Shown piece by piece: positions 36,519 to 49,703 of a DNA stretch of 64,000 nucleotides (positions are counted from its first letter, which is position 1; each line of letters starts with the position of its first letter). The DNA is from Macrostomum hystrix. Taxonomy: Eukaryota > Animalia > Platyhelminthes. The stretch spans positions 5,766,001 through 5,830,000 of the forward strand of contig CATNEN010000025.1 of NCBI GenBank assembly GCA_950097015.1, given 5' to 3'. Made by a program: the position numbers and the translations under genes. The notes beneath the pieces are model-generated. The model was not told the origin of the DNA, did not search any database, and was given only the letters and a program-made list of their open reading frames with translations.

Positions 36519-39500
36519 CTAGTTAAGGGTACCGCGACAGTTGGCTGTGCCGCATAGGCAGATAATCTTCTCCTCCTCGTACGGGAACTTGTAATCGTAG
36601 GTGATCTCTTCGTTGCGCCTAATCTCACGCTTGGAGTAGATCACAATCTTCTTCTCGCCTTCAACTGTGATCACCTTGGCGTAGCAGTTGGGCTGAAAAT
36701 AAATGCAAATACTAACTAATCGGAAGGTGACCTTGAAATGAACATTTCATAAACGACCTTGAAAAATCACACAGGTGTGTACATCTGCCCCGACTTTCTC
36801 ATCGTCAGGCAGTGTACACTTTCACTGTGCCTAGGAGGTTGGCCCTCAAGGACGTAAATTGTACGACAAGCCTCCAAGCATTCTCTCCGCGGCTGCGCCC
36901 CAAATAAATGTGGCCTCGCCGCGGAATCGAGCTCAGGGACCTTGGTGCGAGAGGCGAACGCGTTAACCGCTCTGCCACCGACCTTTCTAAATGGTCTTGG
37001 AAAGTCATTCGGGAAATACTTGTAGTTTTCCTAATTTTTTCCTAACGACTTTGAAATTAGTTATGCCAGATTTTCCAGACCTAAAAAATGCTCTCTTCAT
37101 AATGTTGATGTCATATATTTTCTTTCCTTTACCAGCAACAAGTAAATTCAGCCCCCAAGGCCAGTGCACACACTCACCGAGCAGCTGTGATTGATAAACC
37201 TGGCATTATTGCCGCATTTGGTGGCATCAATCACAAAGGCGTCGTCAATGCGGAACAGATAGCTGCTGCCGATGCCGGCACGCTCGTAGGCCTGCTCACG
37301 AGTCTCGGCTATGGAGCGCCGGATAATCTGGCCAGTGTACTCAACCACCATCTCGTCCTGGGCGATGGTCTCCAGGGCGAATAAGCCCCACGAGTGGATG
37401 CCGGATCGATCGAATTTCAGCTTCTTCTTGCGGAATTTCAGTTGGTTGAATTTCAACAGGTCGCCTGCGAAGTTCGGGGGGTAGTCAATGGGTTGCTAAG
37501 TCAAGTGATTTGAGTCATCTGGTCAGGCAAATCAAAAGGAGGGGATGACCAACCCTTTCCCAGTCTTTAACTAGGGAGTGAGACACTGAAACTCAGGCAG
37601 TACTCCTCAGGTACTCGTAGATAAGTGTCATCAGATAAGTGTCATCTGAGTGTCATCAGACACTCCTCAGGTAGATAAGGATTGACACACTTCTCAGGTA
37701 GATAAGGATTGACACACTCTTTAGGTAGATAAGGACTGACACACTTCTCAGGTAGATAAGGATTGACACACTTCTCAGGTAGATAAGGATTGACACACTT
37801 CTCAGGTAGATAAGGACTGACACACTCCTCAGGTAGATAAGGACTGACACACTTCTGAGATAGATAAGGTCCTAAGGTGGGGACTTACACTTGAGATAAG
37901 GCGGATCTCACTTCAATAACAAGCTAGGCAAAAACTGTTTATGCTACTTTGATTAGCAAGTACAGCATCCCGTGTAAAAAGTCACCTGTAGTAATATCGG
38001 CAAATTCCGCCAGAATTCTTCTTTGCATCGACCTGGCCTCGCGAGTCAACGATAATTTAGCCTTCCTCTCCTCCAGCTCGGCGTCGTCGGCTTCGTCGGC
38101 CGCGGCAGCGCTGGTGGCGGCGGCTAATGCCAGAGCGGAGCGCTCCTTCTGCTTGCCAGTCAGCCGGTAGAAGCCCTGCGATCTGGCGCACCCAGTCGAA
38201 TGCGCCTCGCGCGGTCCGCCTTCCCGAGGCGGCTGACCAACCGGAGGATGATCCACCCAGGGCATGTCGGCAATCCAGGACAGGCTGCCTTCATCCACCA
38301 GAGCTTCGAAAGCCTGACGCGTCAGCGATAGATTTTTTATAAATAAGGGTTGAATTATTCCAGAACAAACCCAATTAATATTGGAACTATTTCCCAGTTG
38401 CGGGAATAGCAGATTCCTTCCCCTGCTATCAGGTGCGGGAATGGCAGATCCCTTCCCCAGTTCCCAGGTGCGGGAATGGCAGATCCCATCCCCAGTTTCC
38501 AGGTGCGGGAATGGCAGATCCCTTCCCCAGTTCCCAGGTGCGGGAATGGCAGATCCCTTCCACAGTTACCAGGTGCGGGAATGGCAGATCCCTTCCCCAG
38601 TTCCCAGGAGCGGGAATGGCAGATCCCTTCCCCAGTTCCCAGGTGCGGGAACGGCAGATCCCTTCCCCAGTTCCCAGGTGCGGGAATGGCAGATCCCTTC
38701 CCCAGTTCCCAGGAGCGGGAATGGCAGATCCCTTCCCCAGTTCCCAGGTGCGGGAATGGCAGATCCCTTCCCCAGTTCCCAGGAGCGGGAATGGCAGATC
38801 CCTTCCCCAGTTCCCAGGTGCGGGAATGGCACCTGGGAAGAGCGCCACAACTAACCAAATTTCTCCCCTCCCCCTAGCTGATGCTGAGGCATCCAATGAA
38901 GTCCGTTTTACAGCTGGAATTCAGTTTCTTCAGCGTTGGAAAAATAAATTTCTCCCTTAAGAACCCAATTAGCTTTTTATTTTGAGTTGAGATTCGAACT
39001 CCCGGTAGACAAGGATGTCAAGCAGTAAAGACGCAATCTTAATGCGTAGACTCCATCACGGGCAATACCACGTATAGAAAAAAACAAATTACCATTTTAA
39101 GCATAGCGTGCTCCTCAGCTGACATAATTCCAGACAAGATGCGCTCATCAAGCTTAGTTTCCTCTTCAGCTGAGCGCTGCTCAAATAGGAGTGGCTGTTG
39201 CGGCGGCGGCGGCGGCGGCAGCATATCGTCATCGCGCCAATCGTCAAACTGTCGCTGCCGTTTAGCCGGCGGAGGCCCAACCGGGAACAGGCCGACAAGT
39301 TCGCGCACCCCAGCCGATGCCGCCGTGGAAGTCAGTGAAGACTTTCGCTTGCCGGCGCCAACTAGAGCCGCTGGCGGCTGCGGAGGCGGCGGCGGAGGCC
39401 GGTAGAAGTGGCAATAGTTGTGCTCGGTGGCTAACAACGAGGGCCACCGACTAGGATCAGGAGCTTCGGCTGAGTCCGGCGGCACAGCAACTAGACGGCC

Positions 39501-42500
39501 CAGCGGGCCAGGTTCCCGCTTGCTCAGGTCCACATCGCCAGACGGCAGATGCGGCTGCGTGTCCGGCGGCGGCGGTGGCGGCGGAGTTTTTGGTCGCTCC
39601 GACACTGGTGGCGGTGTCGCAGGTGGCGGAGAAAAAGTCGGAGGTCGTTTACGCGACGATGCCTGCTGCGAAGGCGGCACCAGTGGGACAAGAGCCGACT
39701 TTCGTCGATTGGCGCCGACGGCTCGCGAAGGCGACGCCGGACCGACATCTTCGTCGGCGGATTCCTGATCGGTCAAAGCCTCGGACGCGTTTTCGGTGTC
39801 TTCGGCCTGTTCGTCAGCGTCATCGCTGTCCTCGTCTTCTTCCTCCTCGCTGTCGCTTCTGAACTCGCTGGACTCACTGTCTTCGCTCTCTTCTTCATCA
39901 TCGGAGGCGTCGGCAGTAACCATCTTATCCTCAACTTCCTCCGAGGAGTCCGAGTCCGATGACGTAGATTTCTCGCTGTCAGAAGATTCCGAGGCGTTCA
40001 GCTGTTCTGTTTTGATTTTGAACGAGCTTGAGTCTTCATTATCATTGTCCTCTTCGTCACTTAACGGCTGGCCAATCACCTTAGCTGGGCCACGCTTCTG
40101 TTTGTTAGCCCGTTGGTTCCCACTGAGCCTAGATGCTCTATGACGTAGGCCGCCGCGGCGTCCGGCTGACACAGCTGCGGAGCCGCCGCCACGGCGCCTG
40201 TTTAACACGCCGACAGCCGTTGCGGGAGTTGAAGGCAGAGCTTCGCGAGTTTTGGCGCGAATTTTTGTTGCCACCCTGCTGCCGCTAGTTGAATTCTGCT
40301 TCTCCTGCCCTGGGGCACCGTCTGCACCTGGCTTGATCTTGGATCTCGACTCCGTCTTGATAGACGGCTTAATGTCCGCTTCAGCATCCGAATGTAATGG
40401 CGAAGACGACAAGGAAGAAGACGATGCGGATGACGAGGAAGAGGACAGCGACGCCGCCGGAGCTGCCGGCGTCGGCTGCGGGGAGGCCTCGCGCGACGGC
40501 GCGGCGGAGGACTCGGAGCTGGAGGAAGCGGCGGCGATCGGGGAGCGGGGTTGCTTCCGATCGTTGTCGCGCTCTTTCTTGCGATGCCTATCCTGTGCTT
40601 TGAGGCGCCCAGCCTCGCCAGACTTTAGTGAGGCATTCTCCCGCTTGACAGAAGCACTCGACTGATGCTTGTGTTGAACAGGCTGCTGCTGCGGCTCCTG
40701 CTGGACGGCGGGCTTTTGACGGCGCTGAATTTTCGGCAGAGAGGCGCGCAGGCCGCCGCGGCCAAATGAGAATCCAGTCAGGGAGAACAGATTCAAGATG
40801 GAGCCGTACGGCGCCGAAGAATCTTCCCCAGCGAGGGGCATCGAGGCTGGCGGCGGACAGTCGAGCGAATCGGCGTCCTTGGCGAGCGAGTCGACATCGG
40901 TGGCTACGGTGGACTGGTCGGCGGCGGCGGAGGACGACTGGCCAACAGAAGGCTCGCATTGGTCCAGCTTGCTGGCAATCTGTTGCGGATTAAACAACGG
41001 CTTGGCTCCGTCAGACTCAGACTGCTGGCACCACCACTGCTCAAACTGATGATAGACGTGATTCTCTATAGCCCGCTTGGTGACATCTTTGAGTAGGACT
41101 TCGCGCAGGTCTTGCAGCACGCCTTCAAGTACGCGCCGAGTAACCTGTTCGGCGTTGCTAGGCGACAGGCTGGGAATTGCTGAGTCGGCCGTCTCTATTT
41201 CCTCCATTGGGGCTGGAGGCGGCGGAGGCGGTGGCGGCGGGGGTGGCGGAGGAGGTGGCGGCGGTTGATGCTGCTGAAACTGATGGATGGCGTCAGTCGA
41301 AGGCATCGGCGGCGCAGGCAGAAGCGGCACCTTGACGGGCGGCGCTGCTGAAGCTGAAAATGCCGCCGCAGCGGCAGCCATTTGAGCGCCCTGCATCGCA
41401 GTCTCGACCGGTGCGATTGAAGTACCTGGCATAGGTTTTAATGATTTTAGGCGTCGTGGATGTATTGATGTGGGCAACAGGTGGGCTAGGGTTGGTGATC
41501 CTATCTGCAACAGGTGGGCTATGGTTGGTGATCATATCTGCAACAGGTGGGCTAGGGTTGGTGATCCCATCTGCAACAGGTGGGCTAGGGTATGGTGATC
41601 CTATCTGTAACAGGTGGGCTAGGGTATGGTGATCCCATCTGCAACAGGTGGGCTAGGGTTGGTGATCCCATCTGCAACAGGTGGGCTAGGGTATGGTGAT
41701 CCCATCTGCAACAGGTGGGCTAGGGTTGGTGATCCCATCTGCAACAGGTGGGCTAGGGTATGATGATCCCATCTGCAACAGGTGGGCTAGGGTTGGTGAT
41801 CCCATCTGCAACAGGTGGGCTAGGGTATGGTGATCCTATCTGTAACAGGTGGGCTAGGGTATGGTGATCCCATCTGCAACAGGTGGGCTAGGGTATGGTG
41901 ATCCCATCTGCAACAGGTGGGCTAGGGTTGGTGATCCCATCTGCAACAGGTGGGCTAGGGTATGGTGATCCCATCTGCAACAGGTGGGCTAGGGTTGGTG
42001 ATCCCATCTGCAACAGGTGGGCTAGGGTATGATGATCCCATCTGCAACAGGTGGGCTAGGGTATGGTGATCCCATCTGCAACAGGTGGGCTAGGGTATGG
42101 TGATCCCATCTGCAACAGGTGGGCTAGGGTATGGTGATCCCATCTGCAACAGGTGGGCTAGGGTTGGTGATCCCATCTGCAACAGGTGGGCTAGGGTATG
42201 GTGATCCCATCTGCAACAGGTGGGCTAGGGTATGGTGATCCCATCTGCAACAGGTGGGCTAGGGTATGGTGATCCCATCTGCAACAGGTGGGCTAGGGTA
42301 TGGTGATCCCATCTGCAACAGGTGGGCTAGGGTATGGTGATCCCATCTGCAACAGGTGGGCTAGGGTATGGTGATCCCATCTGCAACAGGTGGGCTAGGG
42401 TTGGTGATCCCATCTGCAACAGGTGGGCTAGGGTATGGTGATCCCATCTGCAACAGGTGGGCTAGGGTATGGTGATCCCATCTGCAACAGGTGGGCTAGG

Positions 42501-44057
42501 GTATGGTGATCCCATCTGCAACAGATGGGCTAGGGTATGGTGATCCCATCTGCAACAGGTGGGCTAGGGTATGGTGATCCCATCTGCAACAGGTGGGCTA
42601 GGGTATGGTGATCCCATCTGCAACAGGTGGGCTAGGGTATGGTGATCCCATCTGCAACAGGTGGGCTAGGGTATGGTGATCCCATCTGCAACAGGTGGGC
42701 TAGGGTATGGTGATCCCATCTGCAACAGGTGGGCTAGGGTTGGTGATCCCATCAACAAACGGGTGGGCTAGGGTATGGTGATCCCATCTGCAACAGATGG
42801 GCTAGGGTATGGTGATCCCATCTGCAACAGGTGGGCTAGGGTATGGTGATCCCATCTGCAACAGGTGGGCTAGGGTATGGTGATCCCATCTGCAACAGGT
42901 GGGCTAGGGTATGGTGATCCCATCTGCAACAGGTGGGCTAGGGTATGGTGATCCCATCTGCAACAGGTGGGCTAGGGTATGGTGATCCCATCTGCAACAG
43001 GTGGGCTAGGGTTGGTGATCCCATCAACAAACGGGTGGGCTAGGGTTGGTGATCCCATCTGCAACAGGTGGGCTAGGGTTGGTGATCCCATCTGCAACAG
43101 GTGGGCTAGGGTTGGTGATCCCATCTGCAACAGGTGGGCTAGGGTTGGTGATCCCATCCAGAATACAACAGTTTTCGAAGCCAACCAACCTTCTAGCAGT
43201 CTCTGCAGTCGGTCCTTCAAGTTAATAGCGGACGCATCTCCGCTGTAGACATGACCGCCAACAGCTGGCCTGGTCTGGTGCAGCTTTCCTACCACGCCTC
43301 GACCGCCACTTCTATCGTCGCCAGCGCCGGCTTCACCAGCAGACGACGTCATTGCTGTCGACGATCCGGCATTGTCGCAGATGCCAGCGACAGACGACGC
43401 ACCAGCGCTAAGAGCCATCTTTTTATCGTCGTCAACATTGTGATGCATCAGATCGTGAATGAGTTTTCGTCTCAGTCGACCTGTGGTATCCAGGAACACA
43501 CTCATTCGATTGCCCAATTTGCTGACACCGTTGAGCCGTTCGGTGCACTCCCTTGCAGATTGGGTGCTGTGAAATAAGACCCGACCAATGCCCAGATGCT
43601 TCTTAGATTGAGGATGAAAATAGACTTTGGCCTCTTCTAGATCGCCGAACTGTCGGCACATCTCTTCTAAATCGCGCGACTTTAAATTATCATTAATATT
43701 AGTAAAAGTGACTTCCTTGTCTAACGGCCTGCCCAGATAGAAATGATCGTATTTAAACTTTGGCATAGGCAAATTGGCCGGCTCCCTATGCCTAAAGCCA
43801 ACCATAGAGGCTGCTCCGTGTGTCGGCCTCTGTCTAGGATCCCGCAGTGGACCGTCAGCAGAGGATGGCAACGGGCCCTGATGACCTGGCGGCGCTTGGA
43901 CTCGACCATCGTATCGATAGATTTTGACACTGTGCGCCGGATTCAATGCTGGATCTACCATTAGCTTGAATGCCTGGTAGGTTTTACCAGCTGCCTGCTG
44001 AGGCAAATGCTGCTGCTGCTGCTGATGGTGAGCGGCGGCCGCCGTGGCGGAAGCCAT
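36519..44057 (-). CDS. SETD1: Histone H3K4 methyltransferase SET1 (SETD1A/B)
   Basis: Exons 44057-43190 (KL..DP, RRM), 41425-39093, 38313-37986 (N-SET, Wxx[11 protein letters not shown]), 37464-37178 ([13 protein letters not shown]...IHSWGL...RFINHSC) and 36692-36519 (PNCYAKVI...YDYKFP...[13 protein letters not shown]); all phases consistent. Confidence 0.97.
36775..36982 (-). mobile_element. SINE family B copy in the last SETD1 intron
   Basis: The reverse complement matches 52591-52805. Confidence 0.88.
37620..37865. repeat. 27-bp intronic minisatellite
   Basis: GACACACT(C/T)CTCAGGTAGATAAGGA(C/T)T units. Confidence 0.93.
38395..38835. repeat. 35-bp intronic minisatellite
   Basis: TTCCCAGGTGCGGGAATGGCAGATCCCTTCCCCAG units. 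Confidence 0.96.
41475..43157. repeat. 33/34-bp intronic minisatellite
   Basis: GGGT(A)TGGTGATCCCATCTGCAACAGGTGGGCTA units, about 50 copies. Confidence 0.97.
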
Positions 44058-44384
44058 CTGGCAGCGGCTGCTGCTTCGTCTGCGGCCTGACCGCTACCAA
44101 TGGTCGGCAATTGTTCAACTTGCCCAAGACGCAAACTGCCACAGTTGAATAGAGCCACCTCTGAAGGAGTGAGTTTTTTAGGGAATGCGTTTTGAAATCA
44201 AATAGCCAAATAATTTTTCATCTGATTCAAAGCGCAAACTACACTACTAACAATAGAGTAGAAAGAACTGCAGGGCGCACCCAACGGAACCCTGCTGCAG
44301 CTGTGCCAGCGAGAGTAGTGGCTGGAGCAGCGGCTGGAAATTTGCAATAGGAGGGGATAACTTTGAATATGGATTAACTAGGGC

Positions 44385-44925
44385 ATGGCGACCTGAATCT
44401 GAGGGCATGACGACCTGAATCTGAGGATCTGAGGTCATGGCGACCTGAATCTGAGGTCATGGCGACCTGAATCTGAGGTCATGGCGACCTGAATCTGAGG
44501 ATCTGAGGGCATGGCGACCTGAATCTGAGGATCTGAGGGTATGGCGACCAGAAACTGAGGATCTGAGGGCATGACGACCTGAATCTGAGGGCATGACGAC
44601 CTGAATCTGAGGATCTGAGGGCATGGCGACCTGAATCTGAGGATCTGAGGGCATGACGACCTGAATCTGAGGATCTGAGGGCATGACGACCTGAATCTGA
44701 GGATCTGAGGTCATGGCGACCTGAATCTGAGGATCTGAGGGCATGGCGACCTGAATCTGAGGATCTGAGGGCATGGCGACCTGAATCTGAGGATCTGAGG
44801 GTATGGCGACCAGAAACTGAGGATCTGAGGGCATGACGACCTGAATCTGAGGGCATGACGACCTGAATCTGAGGATCTGAGGGCATGGCGACCTGAATCT
44901 GAGGATCTGAGGGCATGGCGACCTA
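44385..44925. repeat. 18/27-bp minisatellite between FBXO42 and SETD1
   Basis: GAGGATCTGAGGGCATG(G/A)CGACCTGAATCT units. Confidence 0.95.
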
Positions 44926-45439
44926 AATATGTGAATCTGGGAGGATGTTAAACTGAATATGAGGATCTGGGTGGCCTGAAAATGAGGATCTGGGAGGATG
45001 TTGAGCTCCTAGGTCTAAACTAGGAACTAATAAGCTTAGTTAAAAAAAAGCTTGAAAAACTGACATTAGAAAACTTTTTTCTTATAAAAACGGTTATTTA
45101 ACATAGGAAAAGAAAAATACGAGAGCATATATTTTGGTATTGTTTTCTTCATTGAATGAGAACTAATACGAATATATATATATATATATACTTCTGTATG
45201 AGAAACACGTGTAAATGTGCATATACATTGACGCCCCATGTTGCTCTACTAATAACAAGTGTTGCCTGTTTTTCTAAAAAAATAAGCAGTTTTAAATCTA
45301 GATAAATGCATTTTCTGCGTTCTATATGACAGAAAATGAACTACGACAAACGTGGTCGGTTTCATGCATAACAAAAAACCGTATTTCCAAATCTCATGAG
45401 ATTGACCAATCTCAATCCAGATGATTAGTTGAGCGAAAA

Positions 45440-48400
45440 TCAAGCTCTGCTAGCCGGGTACAGAAGGAACATCTCGCAGGCGGCGTTGCGATACTGCTGA
45501 TCGTCTGACAGCAGGCCCACTGGCTGCACAAACGGATGACTAACTGGAAAGTGGCGCTGCAGGGTGCAGAAACAGTTGAGCAGTAGCAGCTGGTGCTGGC
45601 AGGCTAGTGCTGTGTACCGGTGCAGATCCAATGGCGCGGATTCAAATGACACTCCGGCAGCTGTGGGCACCTCCAGCCAGCGACTTTCCACCTCCGGCTT
45701 CTCTAAGGATATCTGAAGCACGTAAGGGCACAGGTAGGAATGACGCAACCGACTGCTGCTGCTGCCGCCACCGAGGCCCAGCTCGCCTGCGGCTCCGCCA
45801 ACTTCGCCTGGGCCATCGTGCCGATGATGATGCGGCTGTAACAAGGCTAGGCGATCCTGGTACTCCTGAGAATAGTCATTCGGATTGCATTTTCTAGATG
45901 AGCCTAGTCACTGCGAGTGCCATCCCATACTTCAGGGACCAATCACTGTAGCTTCCATCCCATACCTCAGGGAGCAGTCACTGTAGCTTCCATCCCATAC
46001 CTCAGGGAGCAGTCACTGTAGCTTCCATCCCATACCTCAGGGAGCAGTCACTGTAGCTTCCATCCCATACCTGAGGGAGCAGTCACTGTAGCTTCCATCC
46101 CATACCTGAGGGAGCAGTCACTGTAGCTTCCATCCCATACCTCAGGGAGCAGTCACTGTAGCTTCCATCCCATACCTCAGGGAGCAGTCACTGTAGCTTC
46201 CATCCCATACCTCAGGGAGCAGTCACTGTAGCTTCCATCCCATACCTCAGGGAGCAGTCACTGTAGCTTCCATCCCATACCTCAGGGAGCAGTCACTGTA
46301 GCTTCCATCCCATACCTCAGGGAGCAGTCACTGTAGCTTCCATCCCATACCTCAGGGAGCAGTCACTGTAGCTTCCAACCCATACTTCAGGGAGCAGTCA
46401 CTGTAGCTTCCATCCCATACCTCAGGGGAGAAGACACAGCAGCTCTATCACAATTTTTATTAACCTGCAATCTCTGCAGCCGCATTAATTTTCGCTGATT
46501 GGTTCCGCCCCGCATAGACAATGGTCGCTGATTTGCTTGCTGCAGCAGCTGCTGCTGCTGCATCAGAAGCCTCTGTCGCTGCTGTTGTGCCAGCATTTTA
46601 GCCAGAGTACGCTCCCGTAATTTGCTAATCCAAACAGCGTAGGCGGAACCGGCGCCGCTCAGACAGACCAGCCTACGGCACGGCTGCGAATCGTCGCCCT
46701 CGTCGTCATGCACCGGCAGCAGACAGGCTGTCAGATAGCGACTAGGAGGTGGCGAATGTGGAGACCAAGTCTGAGCCAGTTGGCACCAGGTGAGACTGGA
46801 CAGCACAGCCGATTGGCTAGCCTCTGGTCCAACAGAACAGGTGAGAAGCCACACCTGGGCGCAGAACTGATTTGGCCTGACCTCACCGCCGCACAGAACA
46901 ACCCGACGATCGTCCAATGCCTCCATGGCGTGATTGTGACGCGGCATTGGATACCGTCGAGAATCGCCATCAGCAATGTCATTGTCATCAACCTGTTCGT
47001 CAACAGTTTCATTGTAAAGTAGGCTATGTGGAGCGGAGCTGCATACACCATTGGCCAGGTTAATTAGCCAGATACGATTGGACAGAACAGACTGAGAGGT
47101 GAGTCCGCCCGTGATTAACAAGTATTTACGCATAAAAATGCAGGCTGCGTGGCTAGTCAGGGGTTCTATAACCGGCTGAGACGGCTGACGTTCAAAATTT
47201 AATTCAAGCGAGGATGCGGAACTAGATAAGACGCTGTCGCTTAGCAACAATAATTGCCAACGATGCGTCCGAGTGTCCAATACATGAACATCGCCAACTA
47301 CAGAGGCTCGAGGACTAGTGTGAAACAGGTAGCCGCCGAAAAGAACCAGCTGAGTTCCGGCGTAACAGGTGAGGCTGGCGTGCGATCGAGGCTCCGGGAA
47401 CTGGCCGGATGACATCACCCGCTCCCAGCGACATTCCGCCGAGGACGAGCCAATGGATAAGCGCCAAAGATCATTTAGTGGCACCTGATTGGGTTCGGAC
47501 ACTCCTCCGAATAGATACACATAATCGCCGCATTTGGCAACAGCGGCTGAGAGGCGAAGGCTAGAGAATGGGCTGGGCTGGCCCATCACGTGACGTATGC
47601 GACTCCAGCATAGGCCGTGACGGCCATCTAGGGCGGCCTGCGGGTTCGGGGATTTGTTTGCCTTGTTCGATTTCTGTATGTAATCTCTTTTATCGTAATC
47701 TTCCAGATGCTCCTGTAACTCGTAAGCCTTGTAAATAGCCTAATTAGCCTGGTAGTATCTTCAATAATATTTTTCTCAGTTTCTCTAACTCTCGAAACCT
47801 GTCGTTTCTTCTAGCTGCCTCTCCAACCCAGTTGTTACTTATGGCAGCCTCTCCAACCCAGTTGTTTCTTATGGCAGCCTCTCCAACCCAGTTGTTTCTT
47901 ATGGCAGCCTCTCCAACCCAGTTGTTTCTTATGGCAGCCTCTCCAACCCAGTTGTTTCTTCTGGCAGCCACTCTAACCCAGTTGTTTCTTCTGGCAGCCT
48001 CTCCAACCCAGTTGTTTCTTCTGGCAGCCTCTCCAACCCAGTTGTTTCTTCTAGCTGCCTCTCCAACCCTGTTGTTTCTTCTGGCAGCCTCTCCAACCCA
48101 GTTGTTTCTTCTGGCAGCCTCTCCAACCCAGTTGTTTCTTCTAGCAGCCTCTCCAACCCAGTTGTTTCTTCTGGCAGCCTCTCCAACCCAGTTGTTTCTT
48201 CTGGCTGCCTCTCCAACCCTGTTGTTTCTTCTAGCTGCCTCTCCAACCCTGTTGTTTCTTCTAGCTGCCTCTCCAACCCTGTTGTTTCTTCTAGCTGCCT
48301 CTCCAACCCTGTTGTTTCTTCTAGCTGCCTCTCCAACCCTGTTGTCTCTTCTAGCTGCCTCTCCAACCCTGTTGTCTCTTCTAGCTGCCTCTCCAACCCT

Positions 48401-49121
48401 GTTGTTTCTTATAGCTGCCTCTCCAACCCAGTTGTTTCTTCTAGCTGCCTCTCCAACCCAGTTGTTTCTTCTGGCTGCCTCTCCAACCCAGTTGTTTCTT
48501 CTGGCTGCCTCTCCAACCCAGTTGTTTCTTCTAGCTGCCTCTGCAACCCTGTTGTTTTCTTCTGGTAGTCTCTGCAACCCTGTGGTTTTCTTCCGTCAGT
48601 CTCTGCAACCCTGAGGTTTTCTTCTGGTAGTCTCTGCAACCCTGTGGTTTTCTTCTGGTAGTCTCTGCAACCCTGTGGTTTTCTTCCGTCAGTCTCTGCA
48701 ACCCTGAGGTTTTCTTCTGGCAGTCTCTGCAACCCTGAGGTTTTCTTCTGGCAGTCTCTGCAACCCTGAGGTTTTCTTCTGGTAGTCTCTGCAACCCTGT
48801 GGTTTTCTTCTGACAGCCTTTGCAACCATGTGGTTTCGTCTTGCAGTCAATCTAACCCCACTGTTTCTTTTCTTGTAGTCTTAGCTACTTCTAGTCACAA
48901 GTTCTCTTTTCCTGTACTTTTGACGGTAGAACAGTTCAGAAAGAAATATATAGAAAGAAATATATTATTAGCTGCCTCACCCTAAAGTGAGACTTTCGCC
49001 TCTCAATAAGACAGTCAGCTAGCTGGCACAGTCGCCTATTGACCAATCGCAATCGGCGCAGATCGCTCAAATGGAGCAGATTGTCCAGCACCCGCTCCAG
49101 CACCTCAGCTGGTAGCTGGTC
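45440..49121 (-). CDS. FBXO42: F-box/Kelch-repeat protein, FBXO42-like
   Basis: Exons 49121-48981 (F-box DQLPAEVLERVL), 47712-46465 (Kelch: YVYLFGG...NDLWRL, PEPRSHASL..LVLFGGY, LLITGG, PRHNHAM) and 45865-45440; all junctions phase 0. No ATG inside the first exon. Confidence 0.88.
45925..46425. repeat. 35-bp intronic minisatellite
   Basis: CAGGGAGCAGTCACTGTAGCTTCCATCCCATACCT units, about 14 copies. Confidence 0.96.
47810..48830. repeat. Two adjoining related ~30-bp intronic minisatellites
   Basis: GCAGCCTCTCCAACCCAGTTGTTTCTTCT(A/G) grading into GTAGTCTCTGCAACCCTG(T/A)GGTTTTCTTCT. Confidence 0.95.
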
Positions 49122-49703
49122 CTGCAATGGGGAAGAATGTATATAAAAGTACATATAACTCGTAGCAATAACTGTTTACGAATAATCAATTATGCTACAT
49201 GATTATTTTAATTAATTAAACAACCTAACTTATACGAGTTCTAAACAGACTAGTAAGAGGCAAATAAACTCTTTATATTGGTCATTTTATAACAATAATG
49301 GAAAACAATGCACTAATGCTGCCAGTTCACAAGAAGCGAGTCAGTGGAGAAACAATAGTAAAACAAAAAGTGGGACATGATGTACCGATGCTAAAGGATG
49401 ATAATGTGCTTGCTGAAATTTTTGTATACTAGTATGATGCAATAGGCAAAGATTTATAATACAAGTCATGGATCGAGGCTCAAGTTTAACCGTAATTAAC
49501 AGTATAACATCACAGAGAAAACAAAGAAGTGTCCATGCGAAAATTTCCTCTTGCAGGTATAATAATTCATCAACTAGGCCAGTAGCCTGGAAGTAAACGA
49601 AAGAAATAAGTTAGTACATGACGTGTCTCGTTAGTTTATTTGTCTAGACTCGCACATAGAATTGAATCCAGTTATAGTCCAATGTAATTTTTTCTACTTT
49701 AGA

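Noticed and set aside
38355-38960. Six overlapping ORFs
   Set aside because: All are 35-bp repeat translations inside a SETD1 intron
47744-48825. ORFs of 277, 260, 155 and 138 aa with perfect 10-aa periodicity
   Set aside because: Minisatellite translations inside FBXO42 intron 1
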